NCBI GenBank assembly: GCA_011605725.1
Contig: JAAOZP010000003.1
Span: 26,876-90,875 of the forward strand
DNA: 64,000 nucleotides
Origin: Nitrososphaerota archaeon
Lineage (GTDB): Archaea > Thermoproteota > EX4484-205 > JAAOZP01
Direction of reading: 5' to 3'
The position numbers and the translations under genes were made by a program. Shown piece by piece: positions 19,603-29,722 of the stretch. Position 1 is the stretch's first letter, and each line of letters opens with the position of its first letter. The notes below the pieces were generated by a model, which saw only the letters and a list, made by a program, of their open reading frames with translations, was not told the DNA's origin and ran no database searches.

Positions 19603-19640
19603 AGAATCTTTAGCTCAGAGCAAGAAACATAAAAAGAAGT

Positions 19641-19734
19641 CGTTGAGACTGTAAAGCCTAGGGAGAAACTGTTAATAGTAATGAGTGAAATCATCGAGGT
19701 CATAACCTAACATTCTTCAAGCGCGCGAGGTTAG
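19641..19734 (+). repeat. About 95-bp direct repeat, copy 2
   Basis: Near-identical to 17768-17863. Confidence 0.95.
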
Positions 19735-19827
19735 AATTATACTCTGCTCCGCGCTCGCTACAGGCTTTCTAGTAAATACTGCTGCATTAGGATTTCTAGC
19801 TATCATGTTCTGTTTCATATTCACCAC

Positions 19828-20085
19828 TCAATAAATTTTCTTCCTGTGCCCCACATCTATTAGTATAACTTGTTTATCTTTTTCATTAATCGAGTATATT
19901 ATCCTATAGTCTCCTACGCGTATTCTCCAGAGACCTGAAAGCTCGCCGCTAAGCTTAGTCCCTGCATGGGGTTTTTCCATCAGTTCTGATAGAATATCAA
20001 ATACTCTTTCTTGAACGCTTTTTTCAACATTTTTAAAACTTCTCCTAAACCTATTCGTAACTATCAGCGAGTATTTAGCTTTCAA
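19828..20085 (-). CDS. RelE/ParE-family toxin
   Basis: KLSGELSGLWRIRVGDYRIIY...VGHRKKIY. Confidence 0.92.
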   Translation of the reverse strand: MKAKYSLIVTNRFRRSFKNVEKSVQERVFDILSELMEKPHAGTKLSGELSGLWRIRVGDYRIIYSINEKDKQVILIDVGHRKKIY

Positions 20086-20308
20086 ACAGGGTTCTCCTCA
20101 ATTCTTCAACGTCCTTTGCAACCACATAGTTTTTCTCCTCGTAATCCTTCAACCCTTCTCTAATCCTCTTCAACCCTTCTTCATCTAGGAGTTCCTCGAG
20201 AGTAGATAAGACTGAGTTTACGCCATCCAGATGCTTTATCAAGTCTTCGAGCAGATGCCTAGGTAGAGTAATGGTTTCAACCATAATTCTGATAAAGTCA
20301 ACTCCCAA
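20075..20308 (-). CDS. Probable antitoxin of the RelE toxin
   Basis: Small acidic protein overlapping the relE start. Confidence 0.7.
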   Translation of the reverse strand: MGVDFIRIMVETITLPRHLLEDLIKHLDGVNSVLSTLEELLDEEGLKRIREGLKDYEEKNYVVAKDVEELRRTLFES

Positions 20309-20366
20309 TTTAAACCTTTACTCTCTACGCGTCAAAAGTAGAGTTGTAGTACAAGACGCTACCGCA

Positions 20367-20782
20367 TTATCGCGAAATCTTAGCGAGCGCGCGCTCTTTA
20401 AGTTTTAGCTCTCCAGACTCGTCTCTCAGATTTAGCAAATCCATGTCAAAAGTAATGATGCAACTTGCCTTAGCCTCATAGGCGACATTGAGGAACTTGT
20501 CATCATCAGGGTCTCTGCAAAGCTTAAATTCCTCTTTTGGTGCAGTCTTCAAAGCACTTCTATAGATCTTATCCAGAATAAGATAGACTCTGGAAAAATC
20601 GATTCTATCAGAAACCTTGTTGAATTGGATGGCTTTCAAATACTCCTTAAAAAATGCTGTCTGAAAATAGCCACTATTAGTTCGCCATTAAGCACCCTGA
20701 TGAGAATATCCTTCGACGCTCTGCTATCGATGAGTCCAGCTATTAATACAGAAGTATCTAAAACTATTTTATCCTCGCCCAC
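20367..20782 (-). pseudogene. PIN-domain toxin, frameshifted, with its 3' end running into a palindrome
   Basis: MGEDKIVLDTSVLIAG.../...CRDPDDDKFLNVA...ITFDMDLL; slips in T runs near 20649-20667; frame runs into TAGCGAGCGCGCGCTC 20381-20396. Confidence 0.8.
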
Positions 20783-20970
20783 TTTTTAGCCTCCAGGGCC
20801 ATTCTCTGCTTTTCTTCTTCAGACAGATCCTTAAACCTTCCACCCATCCTCTCTAAGATTCGAGCATAGTCAAGCTTCTCCACTATAAAAACATCGCCAA
20901 CCCTTATGAAAACCAGTTCGTCCTCAGGATCGAATAATTCCTTAACCTTAGCTACAATCACCTCGGTCAA
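20764..20970 (-). CDS. AbrB-like antitoxin of the PIN toxin
   Basis: Overlaps the PIN start; ends EAKKWAR, like EAIKWAR of 14861..15124. Confidence 0.65.
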   Translation of the reverse strand: MTEVIVAKVKELFDPEDELVFIRVGDVFIVEKLDYARILERMGGRFKDLSEEEKQRMALEAKKWARIK

Positions 20971-21323
20971 CTTCCCCTACCATTCTGAAGACCAATTCCC
21001 CTTATAAATCTATGGTTAAAAAGTAATAAAGATGTTGCTGGGGAACTTAGATAGAATCCGGAAGAATGTTAGAGAAAACACGTTGAATAAACTCTTACCC
21101 AAGAATACCAAGAAATTTAGATTACTCGCTTTCTAGGTCGAGCAGGTCCCAGTCGGGCGCACGCTAAAATCTTCAATAAAACTAAGCGCTTTAGAGGAGC
21201 AAAAAGATTGAATAATCTACTTAAAAACTGTAAACAAACCTTATTCTATAAAACCTGCATCTCCATTAGACATATTATTAGCCATCCAAAATAGGTCCAC
21301 GCGCGCTATCAAGTCTTATATAT

Positions 21324-22226
21324 TTGTGTCATGAGAAAACTCGTATGTTTCAAACCATTCATAAGATGTTCCTAGGAGATTCTAGGAGCATGGATAATGT
21401 TGACGACGAGTCTGTGCATCTCATCCTAACCTCCCCGCCCTATTGGAATATTAAGAAGTATCCTGAGAACCCATGTCAGCTTGGAAACATTTCTGATTAC
21501 CATCTGTTCCTGTCTGAGCTTAAGAGGGTTGTTGAAGAGTGCTTCAGGGTTCTTGTTAAAGGCGGGAGGCTGTGCATGGTTGTCGGCGACATCTGCGTGG
21601 CTAGGAAGCAGGGTCGCCACCGCGTCATACCCTTTCACTCCCACGTTACCCAGCTATGCTTGGACGCTGGTCTAGACTACTTGTCTCCAATAATCCTCTA
21701 CAAGATTGCTAACGTTACCACTGAGGCTAAGCGGGAAACATATGCTCTAGGAAGATACTTGGGCCCGAACTCGATAATAAAAAACGATATTGAGTACGTG
21801 CTCATCTTCAGGAAGCCCGGCGCCTATAGGAGGGTTAACAAGCGTCTCGCAGCTCTAAGCAGGCTTAGGAAAAACGAGTTTACAGAGTATTTCCGCCAAG
21901 TCTGGTGGGTTAACGGTTGCCGCGTAAGCAGCCACCCGGCTCCGTTTTCACTAGAGCTAGCCAAAAGGCTGGTCAGAATGTTCTCCTATGTTGGAGACAC
22001 TGTTTTAGACCCGTTCCTAGGCTCCGGGACAACCAGTCTGGCAGCCATCTGTACGCTTAGAAACTCGATAGGGTATGAGGTTGAGCCCTCATACGTCAAG
22101 TCGGCTAGGGATAGGGTTAGAAGAATGCTGGCGAGGAACAATATTCCGCACGCCATGGTTAATGAGGAGTATCCTGAGTCGGGGATAGTCTTCAAGGTTA
22201 ATGGGGTTCCGCTCAGGCCAGGCTAA
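21324..22226 (+). CDS. DNA amino-methyltransferase, beta class (m4C/m6A)
   Basis: TSPPY (motif IV), HPAPF, VLDPFLGSGTT (motif I). Confidence 0.92.
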   Translation: MCHEKTRMFQTIHKMFLGDSRSMDNVDDESVHLILTSPPYWNIKKYPENPCQLGNISDYHLFLSELKRVVEECFRVLVKGGRLCMVVGDICVARKQGRHRVIPFHSHVTQLCLDAGLDYLSPIILYKIANVTTEAKRETYALGRYLGPNSIIKNDIEYVLIFRKPGAYRRVNKRLAALSRLRKNEFTEYFRQVWWVNGCRVSSHPAPFSLELAKRLVRMFSYVGDTVLDPFLGSGTTSLAAICTLRNSIGYEVEPSYVKSARDRVRRMLARNNIPHAMVNEEYPESGIVFKVNGVPLRPG

Positions 22227-22265
22227 TCCAGTTTTCAAATTTAATTCAACCTAATATTTTTTAAT

Positions 22266-23813
22266 GTGAAAACGCTTAATACTGGTGTGAACGGTGAGGA
22301 GGATAAGGTTAAGTTATTGGAGAGCAGGCTGGGGGAGCTTGAGCTCGTCGGCTTAACTGGAAGCACAACCAAGGTTACAGAGGCCCCGCTGATCCTCCTG
22401 GAGAACATGGAGACAAGGGTTAGGGAGGAGGACATAGTGCTCATAGTCAACCGAAGCTCCTCCGATTATATTCTTGCTGTTTGCAGGAGCGGCATGGGTA
22501 TTAACGAGAACCTGAGGGTCGGGGGATACAGCCCGGGAATAGCCTACGTGCGCTCGAAAGGCCAGCCGCCGTCAACAGCCAAGGAGTCCTACCATTTCAC
22601 ACTATCCTTCATAGGATTGCTCACGAGCAGGGGTGTGAAGACTAACAACATAATTGTTGCACCAGGCTCGAAAGTATATCTTTTCAAGAAGGAGGCGTTG
22701 GAGATGAACCCGTTAACGTTCCTAGAACCTAAGGAGCATGTTGAAGGCGGGTACCTGGCGAATTCCGAGGGAAACTGGCTGATACCATTCGACAAGAAGT
22801 ATATTCCTTACCATATTGGTGTCTTCGGAGCCACCGGCTCTGGGAAATCGATGCTTGCAAGGTATCTCTTAATCCCGCTTCTCACGCAGGCTGGCTACGG
22901 AGTGCTGGTTTTCGACTGGGAGGGCGTTGACTATTCACCGTTTTTCAAAAACAATACCCTATCTATCTGCGATTTCAAAATGGATGTTAATATGGCGGTG
23001 GAGTTCCTCATGAGAAACACTGATCACTTTGGCTACGGAGACGAGAACAAACCCGTTCCCTCAGCAGTTGTAAAAGTAATGTCGAGAAAGCTGAACGACA
23101 AGACTTGGTGGGACGAGGTTCCAAAAACCCTGAACAGCGGTGAAGAGCTGCGTGAGAAACTGAGGGAGGATGCTTTAAGCGAGCTGCGTGAAAGAAGCGG
23201 CTGGGAGAGTTACGGCCCCTCTTGGGAGCTTAAACTCAACTATGGTCTCGACCGGGTTTCGAAGGAAAACTGGGAGCTGCTCTACAGGTCTAGCAAAGGA
23301 GTCTCCATCGAGGAGTTCAGGTTTCCAAGCCCAGGGGAGCTTATCGTAATAGATATGAGCGAGGTGAGTGGAGAGAGGAAGCTGTCTTTCTTCTCAGAGC
23401 TCTGCAGCAGGCTGATATCAATGATGCAGGAGAGAGGCGTGAAGCTTAACCTGGCGGTGGTGATAGATGAGGCGCCGCAGTACTGTCCATCCGAGCCCAA
23501 GGGATTGCAGGGGAAGACGACGGAGCAGTTGAAAGACCTGTGCGCCCTAGGCAGGAAGCGAAACATGTGCGTAGTGCTCCTCTCCCAGGGAATGGCTGGT
23601 GAAATAGGGATTAACGCTGCCGTCAGGAGGAATCTTAACACGCTCTTCATAGGGCAGATTCATCCTTTGGATATTGAGGAGGCTGGGAAGAGGCTGATGC
23701 CCTACGGCGTTAGGCCTGAGGAACTGCTCTTCCTCGAGCCCGGGAAATTCTATCTCACGGGCAAGATGAACCCTTCGCCAACACCCCTGCTGATATCGTT
23801 CAAAATAGAATAG
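22266..23813 (+). CDS. HerA/FtsK-family ATPase (DUF87)
   Basis: HIGVFGATGSGKS, VFDWEG, VIDEAPQY, GRKRN...LSQ. Confidence 0.88.
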   Translation: MKTLNTGVNGEEDKVKLLESRLGELELVGLTGSTTKVTEAPLILLENMETRVREEDIVLIVNRSSSDYILAVCRSGMGINENLRVGGYSPGIAYVRSKGQPPSTAKESYHFTLSFIGLLTSRGVKTNNIIVAPGSKVYLFKKEALEMNPLTFLEPKEHVEGGYLANSEGNWLIPFDKKYIPYHIGVFGATGSGKSMLARYLLIPLLTQAGYGVLVFDWEGVDYSPFFKNNTLSICDFKMDVNMAVEFLMRNTDHFGYGDENKPVPSAVVKVMSRKLNDKTWWDEVPKTLNSGEELREKLREDALSELRERSGWESYGPSWELKLNYGLDRVSKENWELLYRSSKGVSIEEFRFPSPGELIVIDMSEVSGERKLSFFSELCSRLISMMQERGVKLNLAVVIDEAPQYCPSEPKGLQGKTTEQLKDLCALGRKRNMCVVLLSQGMAGEIGINAAVRRNLNTLFIGQIHPLDIEEAGKRLMPYGVRPEELLFLEPGKFYLTGKMNPSPTPLLISFKIE

Positions 23814-23823
23814 GTGTTTAGGA

Positions 23824-25014
23824 ATGTCTTCAGAGGAGAACCCGCTTCTCACTCTTCCAAGACCCATAGTGGACGCGCTTTTCTCAAGCGCTGAGAAAGA
23901 GGCTGGGAACGTGAAGGAAAGAATCCTAATGCTTGAGAAGATGGCTAGAAAGGTTTCAGAAGGCTTCAGGTTTAACAGGATTGCTGGAAGCAGAAAAGGC
24001 TGTATTGCTGTTGCAGACGGCTCCATGTCTGTCGCGCCCAGCAACCGTATAGGCTCGCTGTTCGCAATATACTCGGCTGGATACATGGTTTTCGACGACG
24101 GTAGGCTTATGGATGAGAACTATTACGCCGGATCCCTAAGCTGGCCCTACGGGGGAGCCAGAGATTTCAAGACGCTGCTCAAGCTCCTGATGGCTTACGC
24201 TGAGAGGAAAGCCGCGTTAGAAGCCTACTGGAAGCATAATCCTGACCTAATCCTGCTGGACGGCCCGTTCTTCTTCTTCAGGGGATACTGCAGGTATATT
24301 CATGCTGTCCAGGTTGAAACGCCTGAGCTTAAAACAGGCCTAGACCTCGTAAGGGAGGTTAGGGACAAGACCCTGACGCTGATGGAGACGGGTAGAGCAG
24401 TATGCGTAATAAGGCGGAGCGGCATCAGAGCTGTAGACGGCTGGCTGATCTACAATCAGGGCGAGGAAGCCTGCCTGAGGATTAACGATAAGCATCTTCT
24501 CACAATGGTCATGCCGCCGATGACAACATGGTCGTACAGGGACCTATGCGAGGACCCGCTTCTATACGCTACCTTCTACCGGTTCTACAGGAGGTGGAGG
24601 CAAGCCGGAAGGAGGCCTGAAGAACTTGACAAGGAGAAAATCCTTTCACAGTGCCTGGAGGACTGGAGGAGAAAGTTCCTGAGCGATTTAGACATTGAGT
24701 TTGAAAAAGTGCCGAGGTTAGAGAGGCATTACGTAAGGTATACGGGTGCGGCGCCGCCTTTCGAGATAGAGACACTAGCAAACATGAAGCCGGAGGGCTT
24801 CGCCGAGTACTTCGTCGAATTCCACAATCCCGCTACCGGGCTCCCGTACCCGATAGACATGGTTGACGAGGCTGTTACACTGCCCAGGGGCTCGACAACA
24901 GCCTTCACCGAGGAGGTTGAGGCAAGGCTCATCAAAGACCAGGACATAGAGAATAAGACGGCAATATCAGACTACTTCACGGTCCTAAACCCACAGAAGA
25001 AAGAATACATATAG
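23824..25014 (+). CDS. NurA-family nuclease
   Basis: AVADGS, ERKAA, LILLDGP, GLPYP. Confidence 0.85.
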   Translation: MSSEENPLLTLPRPIVDALFSSAEKEAGNVKERILMLEKMARKVSEGFRFNRIAGSRKGCIAVADGSMSVAPSNRIGSLFAIYSAGYMVFDDGRLMDENYYAGSLSWPYGGARDFKTLLKLLMAYAERKAALEAYWKHNPDLILLDGPFFFFRGYCRYIHAVQVETPELKTGLDLVREVRDKTLTLMETGRAVCVIRRSGIRAVDGWLIYNQGEEACLRINDKHLLTMVMPPMTTWSYRDLCEDPLLYATFYRFYRRWRQAGRRPEELDKEKILSQCLEDWRRKFLSDLDIEFEKVPRLERHYVRYTGAAPPFEIETLANMKPEGFAEYFVEFHNPATGLPYPIDMVDEAVTLPRGSTTAFTEEVEARLIKDQDIENKTAISDYFTVLNPQKKEYI

Positions 25015-25168
25015 CGTGCCATTATGCGCTACCACTTCGAGAATCCAGCGCTACGTGTGAGCTGAAGATTTCTAACATGCGCTTTCAGAAAAAAAGTTAA
25101 ATAGATTGCTTACTACATTTTCACCGGTTAAACTATTAAAGTGACAATTGAAAGAGGGGTGAGTTCGC

Positions 25169-25843
25169 ATGAGATATGCGGAACTAGTTAAGGGCATTAT
25201 AAATTTTGAGAGTTCTTTCTGGTTCGGTGAATATGTATATTTTAAGGCTCTTGAAAATCTAGAGAACGTTAGGGCTGACTTAAGTAAGTTAGAAACAAAG
25301 GAGCATGTAGAAAGAATAATTAAGATGTTTCTCATTCAATGGGGTAGAATGGGAAGAACTGTGGATAGGAGAGATTTAAATTGGGAACAACTTACTAAAC
25401 AATTACGTAGCTCTAAAGAAGCTTTCCAAAAACTACAGGGTAAAAGTATACTAGATATTAATCTTGACGATGAGGAAGTAAGAGATGCTATTAAAAGAAC
25501 TTATGAGGCAGCAAGCATTAAATACATTGGGGCAACTGCAATCTCAAAGATTTTACATCTGCTAAATCCTGAAATCTACGTAATGTGGGATGAAGATATT
25601 AGGATGAAATATAAGGTTGCAAAAAGTGTGAAAGGTTATCTAGATTTTCTAAAGCAAATGAAGGTGGAAGTAAAAGAGGCATTAGGAGAAGGGGTTAAAG
25701 AGAAAGGATGTAGCGAAAAGGAAATCGTGGAAGAAATTTGTAGAGAGCTTCCAAGTAAAAAGCTTGGCCAAGAATATAGTAGAAAAACTTTGGCTAAACT
25801 TATTGATGAATACAACTGGTGGTTGGTCCATTACGGATTTTGA
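25169..25843 (+). CDS. Hypothetical HhH/glycosylase-like helical protein
   Basis: IGATAISKILHLLNPEIYVMWD; C-terminal KLIDEYNW. Confidence 0.55.
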   Translation: MRYAELVKGIINFESSFWFGEYVYFKALENLENVRADLSKLETKEHVERIIKMFLIQWGRMGRTVDRRDLNWEQLTKQLRSSKEAFQKLQGKSILDINLDDEEVRDAIKRTYEAASIKYIGATAISKILHLLNPEIYVMWDEDIRMKYKVAKSVKGYLDFLKQMKVEVKEALGEGVKEKGCSEKEIVEEICRELPSKKLGQEYSRKTLAKLIDEYNWWLVHYGF

Positions 25844-25950
25844 TAAATTATCGATTCATGTTAAGGAGACGGTGAAGAATGGAGTCTAAAAGCAAGTAAC
25901 GATAACAGTGCTTTTAAAATAATTTTAAGATGCAGTCGTTTTCGTGTTTT

Positions 25951-26880
25951 CTAGGTTCCTACTGCTAATTTTTCTTGGCCTCCGCTAAGCCTCCGTATAA
26001 TGTTCTCTAAGTCCTCGGGCTTGATGGCTTCAATCTTCTCCTTTGTTTCTTCAATGGCGGAAACCCAGCGTTGAGAACCACTAGTCTTCCTAACAGCTAC
26101 TATCATATAATAGTAGAATCTATAGGGTGATTTTACCTTAATAGGTATCGTAACCTCTCTATGCTCTCTGATCTTCTCTAAGTAAAGCTCGAATAGAGCA
26201 TCTTCATTCTCGCATGCTTTCCACTCATCTGTTCCAAAGAAACGTTGCAGCGTTTCTATTTCCGCAGAAGTCTTATTTTCTTTTAGAGCACTTCTAGAAA
26301 CCCCGGTAGATTGATAGTTTATAATAAGATCCCCGGTAAGATTGAAGAGATGTTGCAGAGTTTCCCACTCTATTTCTAATCCCTCAGGATCTACAAAAGC
26401 AAGAAAATGAACGGAGCCAGCTTCTAAACGAGCTTTAGTCATGGCTTTAAATTCTGGGCCGTTGACATCTTCTTTCCTCACTTTTGCATTCGGAAGTAAA
26501 TGTCTTAATGCTTCTGCATATTTTTCTTTCTTCTCAAACAGAATCAGCTCGTCGAATTTCTTCCTTGGAACCCGGTCTGTGATGAGAGGCGAGCCAAACA
26601 CGATGAGATTGTTCAAATCGCTTATTCTATCTAAGCCTGGCCCAGCGAAAAGGTCGATATAATACGCCTTATCAAAATGGGCTTTAATTATGGCCGTATA
26701 TATGTCGGCGTAATATGCTAGAATGGCGAGCTTTAAAATAGCCCAGCTTTTACATGAATAAGCCTCCTTAGTTTTTTGAAATAATTGACTGGCCTCCTGA
26801 CTCTGACCCCTTAAGGTTTCTATTCTGCGAACCCACCATTCGGAAGGTGTAATTTTTCTTCTCCGACCAGACGGATTCAT
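25951..26880 (-). CDS. TcmP-like (three-Cys-motif partner) SAM-dependent methyltransferase-fold protein
   Basis: W..KL..L..Y N-terminus, YIDLFAGPG motif I, FVDPEG...W. Confidence 0.8.
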   Translation of the reverse strand: MNPSGRRRKITPSEWWVRRIETLRGQSQEASQLFQKTKEAYSCKSWAILKLAILAYYADIYTAIIKAHFDKAYYIDLFAGPGLDRISDLNNLIVFGSPLITDRVPRKKFDELILFEKKEKYAEALRHLLPNAKVRKEDVNGPEFKAMTKARLEAGSVHFLAFVDPEGLEIEWETLQHLFNLTGDLIINYQSTGVSRSALKENKTSAEIETLQRFFGTDEWKACENEDALFELYLEKIREHREVTIPIKVKSPYRFYYYMIVAVRKTSGSQRWVSAIEETKEKIEAIKPEDLENIIRRLSGGQEKLAVGT

Positions 26881-26886
26881 TTGGAT

Positions 26887-27996
26887 TCACTTAGAGTAGC
26901 AATTACAAGTGCCTCGCCTATATGGGATGCCTAGTTTTTCAAGCATCGATACCGTCTCCTTACAAATACTTACTTTATCATCACCGTAGCCAAAAGCAGA
27001 GAGCTTATCCAGCATATACTCATATATCCTTCTCCTTAGTTCAGACGGTAATTTCTTTCCCCAACCAGTATCTTCTTTAAAGAACTTAGCCCAGCCCATA
27101 TCTACCCCTGCTTTTTTAGCGTAGTATATTGTTTTCTTTAACCCCCTTGGCGTCCCAAGTATTATCTTAGCAGGTTCCACCTCAGACATGATTCTGTATA
27201 AAATATCTTCATAATGCGTTTCCCAGTCTTCTATAGGGAATATTGGGTCGATCCTTATCCTCACCTCATACCCTGTTTCGTAAACCATTTTCGCAGCCTG
27301 TATCCTTTGTTCCGGCGGAGCTGCTTTTTTCTCCCAGATTTTTGCAACCTCTACGGCGTTAATACTCCAAGCGCATACAACCTGTTTCTTAACATGATCA
27401 GGCTTATTTAGCAAAAATTTAATACTGTTTGCCCCCGCTTTACTTAGCAGAACGATCCTGTGCTTATGCTGCTCTCCAAACTTGTCAACTATTTCACTCA
27501 TTAAGGGAGGGTTCATCAGGGAATCAGATAATTCGCCGCTGTTGAATAAAGCAGGCTTGCCACCGTTAAAATGAGGATCGTTAAATGCCTCGTCCAACGC
27601 ATTGAATACGTAATGTAGTTTCACGTAGCTGGGTTTCATGTTCCCTTTCTTTGTTCCTCTCAAATAGCAATAAGAGCAATCGAAAGGACAGCCGAAAGCC
27701 CATCTCAACTCCCAGAAGGGGCCGCATGCTATGTCTGGAGGAGTTTTCGCGAATAATTTCACTATGCCTTGACCGTATTCGGTTCGAAACGGCTTACGAA
27801 CAGGCTCTTTCACTACGGCTTCAGGATGAGTGATCGACGCAATAATCTTCGGGGGGAAGAAATCAGGAATCCTCCTGCTCGACTTAGCGATTATTTCCGC
27901 CTCTTTCTTCCTTATTGTTCGCCAAGCCTTTAAAGCTGCTTCTCTATGTTTCTCCTTCTCTGTAAGCATCTTCCCCCTTCCTTTACTGTCTGCCAC
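26887..27996 (-). CDS. Spore photoproduct lyase-like radical SAM protein
   Basis: GCPFDCSYCYL (CxxxCxxC), FNSGELSDSL, AWSIN, RIDPI. Confidence 0.85.
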   Translation of the reverse strand: MADSKGRGKMLTEKEKHREAALKAWRTIRKKEAEIIAKSSRRIPDFFPPKIIASITHPEAVVKEPVRKPFRTEYGQGIVKLFAKTPPDIACGPFWELRWAFGCPFDCSYCYLRGTKKGNMKPSYVKLHYVFNALDEAFNDPHFNGGKPALFNSGELSDSLMNPPLMSEIVDKFGEQHKHRIVLLSKAGANSIKFLLNKPDHVKKQVVCAWSINAVEVAKIWEKKAAPPEQRIQAAKMVYETGYEVRIRIDPIFPIEDWETHYEDILYRIMSEVEPAKIILGTPRGLKKTIYYAKKAGVDMGWAKFFKEDTGWGKKLPSELRRRIYEYMLDKLSAFGYGDDKVSICKETVSMLEKLGIPYRRGTCNCYSK

Positions 27997-28081
27997 TGTC
28001 CTTATAAGAACCTACACGGGAAGTTTTTAATCTTTGATTTTTCATTGGAACTTTTAAATAGCATGAGTTGGTGACTTATGT

Positions 28082-29071
28082 GTGGCTGAACTAGTTGAAA
28101 AGAGGGAATCGCCAGAAAAATCCTTATCCATCGGGATATACGTGGGTTTCAAGGCTGTTAAGACAGGCAACTTATGTTATGATACCCGGGTTTTCGCTCC
28201 TCCTGAAGTAAGGGTGGATAGCTATAGAATATCGTATCCGCTCATTAAACCGTCGAAGCTGACATCAAAAAGCCGTGGAGGCGTCGGTAAGGAGCTGTCG
28301 AACGGCTGGGCTTTGAACTTCGCAGTAGGCTGCACCCATGGATGCATCTTCTGTTACGTCGACTCGATTCATAAGAGATTTGGAAGACACAGGTATGGGG
28401 CGGAGGTGGATGAGAAATGGGGGAACTATTTTCTGATTCCGAATAATATTGAGGAGGCGGTTGAAAAAACTCCTTGGCACAGGTGGAGGAACCGAGAGGT
28501 TCTTTTAAGCTCCACGCATGACCCCTATCTTCCTCAATTAGCGCCTGTTACGAGAAGAATTCTGGAAAGAGCACTGCCTGCTGGAGTGAAATTCTGCATT
28601 CAAACAAGGTCTCCGCTAGTAATGAAGGACTTCGACTTGTTAGCGAAATATGCGAAAAGCATAAGACTACAGGTGTCGATAGCTACGATGAACGAGGATT
28701 TCTCCAGACTGATTGAGCCCAGAGTATCTCCTCCGATGGCTAGGCTAAGCGTGATAAGAAATGCTAAGGAAGTTGGATTAGAAACCGGAGTCATTTTAGC
28801 GCCGATATTCCCACCGACAAGAATGAGGCCAAATGTAGGAGAGGACCTGGATGAAATCATGAGGCAACTCGCCTTGATAAAACCAGACCACATATACGGC
28901 GAATCCCTGCATATAAGAGGAGGAAACATAAGGCTCATAAAACAAATCCTTGGAGAAGATTTCAACGATTTAAAGCCATTCGAATCTGAAATAAGGCGCT
29001 TGTTCAAATCAAAACTAAAGGAGTACGGTTTGAAGGGAACATGGTGGCTAGAACACAGATATTTCAAATAG
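28082..29071 (+). CDS. Radical SAM protein, SplB/COG1533-like
   Basis: GCTHGCIFCY, SSTHDPY, IQTRS, IEP...P..RL. Confidence 0.85.
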   Translation: MAELVEKRESPEKSLSIGIYVGFKAVKTGNLCYDTRVFAPPEVRVDSYRISYPLIKPSKLTSKSRGGVGKELSNGWALNFAVGCTHGCIFCYVDSIHKRFGRHRYGAEVDEKWGNYFLIPNNIEEAVEKTPWHRWRNREVLLSSTHDPYLPQLAPVTRRILERALPAGVKFCIQTRSPLVMKDFDLLAKYAKSIRLQVSIATMNEDFSRLIEPRVSPPMARLSVIRNAKEVGLETGVILAPIFPPTRMRPNVGEDLDEIMRQLALIKPDHIYGESLHIRGGNIRLIKQILGEDFNDLKPFESEIRRLFKSKLKEYGLKGTWWLEHRYFK

Positions 29072-29267
29072 TTAACAGCTAGATCTCCTTTGTTTCTGGA
29101 TTTTTCCTCAAATTCAAAAAGTACAATAATGATAAATTAACTTAACCGGGAAATGAGTTCTTCTCTAGGTGTAGCGTGTGCTCTGAGGATGGTTATTGCA
29201 TGCAACTCATTATTGTGCAGAGATATTAACGAATTCTGACACTAATTCCTCTATAACATTCGGCGCG

Positions 29268-29720
29268 CTAGTGTAGTCCTAGCTTACTTTCAAAGCTCCT
29301 AAATTCCTTCTTTTTCTCATAAAGAGCGTTAATCTCTTCCAAAGTTATTATTTTAAGCTCATCAATTATTTCTTGAATCACTCCAGAAGCAATGTTATAA
29401 GCAACACTAGTTTGATCTCTTGTTGTTTCTAAAATTGGTTTTGCATTCCACATATCCCTGGCATGCTTAAGTTTTGTTAAAGCTTCTTCAAGGTTCCCGC
29501 GAATATGCACTTCAAAGACAATGTAAGGATCTGCTCTTTGAAGCCTTTTCCATGCAACGTCAATCTTGTAGCCATCAAGCTCTATTTCTTTTATGCTAAT
29601 CTTTTCTTGAAGTAACCCTATCTGGTGAATTAAGTCTTTAACTGTTTCATGATCCAGTTCCGTTTTATATGGTATCTTTTTATTCCTTGCTTCATAATTC
29701 TCTTCAATTCTCTTGAACAT
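29268..29720 (-). pseudogene. N-terminally truncated PD-(D/E)XK nuclease-like fragment bracketed by palindromes
   Basis: KIDVAW...VFEVH...ALTKL; begins 3 nt from CAGCGCGCGCGCTA and its TAG stop is part of the second motif. Confidence 0.65.
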
Positions 29721-29722
29721 TT

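Noticed and set aside
17768-19734. IS element or composite transposon
   Set aside because: Repeats are direct rather than inverted, and the enclosed gene is a COG1373 ATPase, not a transposase
22266-25014. Housekeeping herA-nurA repair operon
   Set aside because: No mre11/rad50 adjacent and linked to a methylase in an island; gene symbols withheld pending phylogeny
26887-29071. Assigning splB or a sporulation function
   Set aside because: Only family-level similarity in an archaeal defence context; substrate unknown
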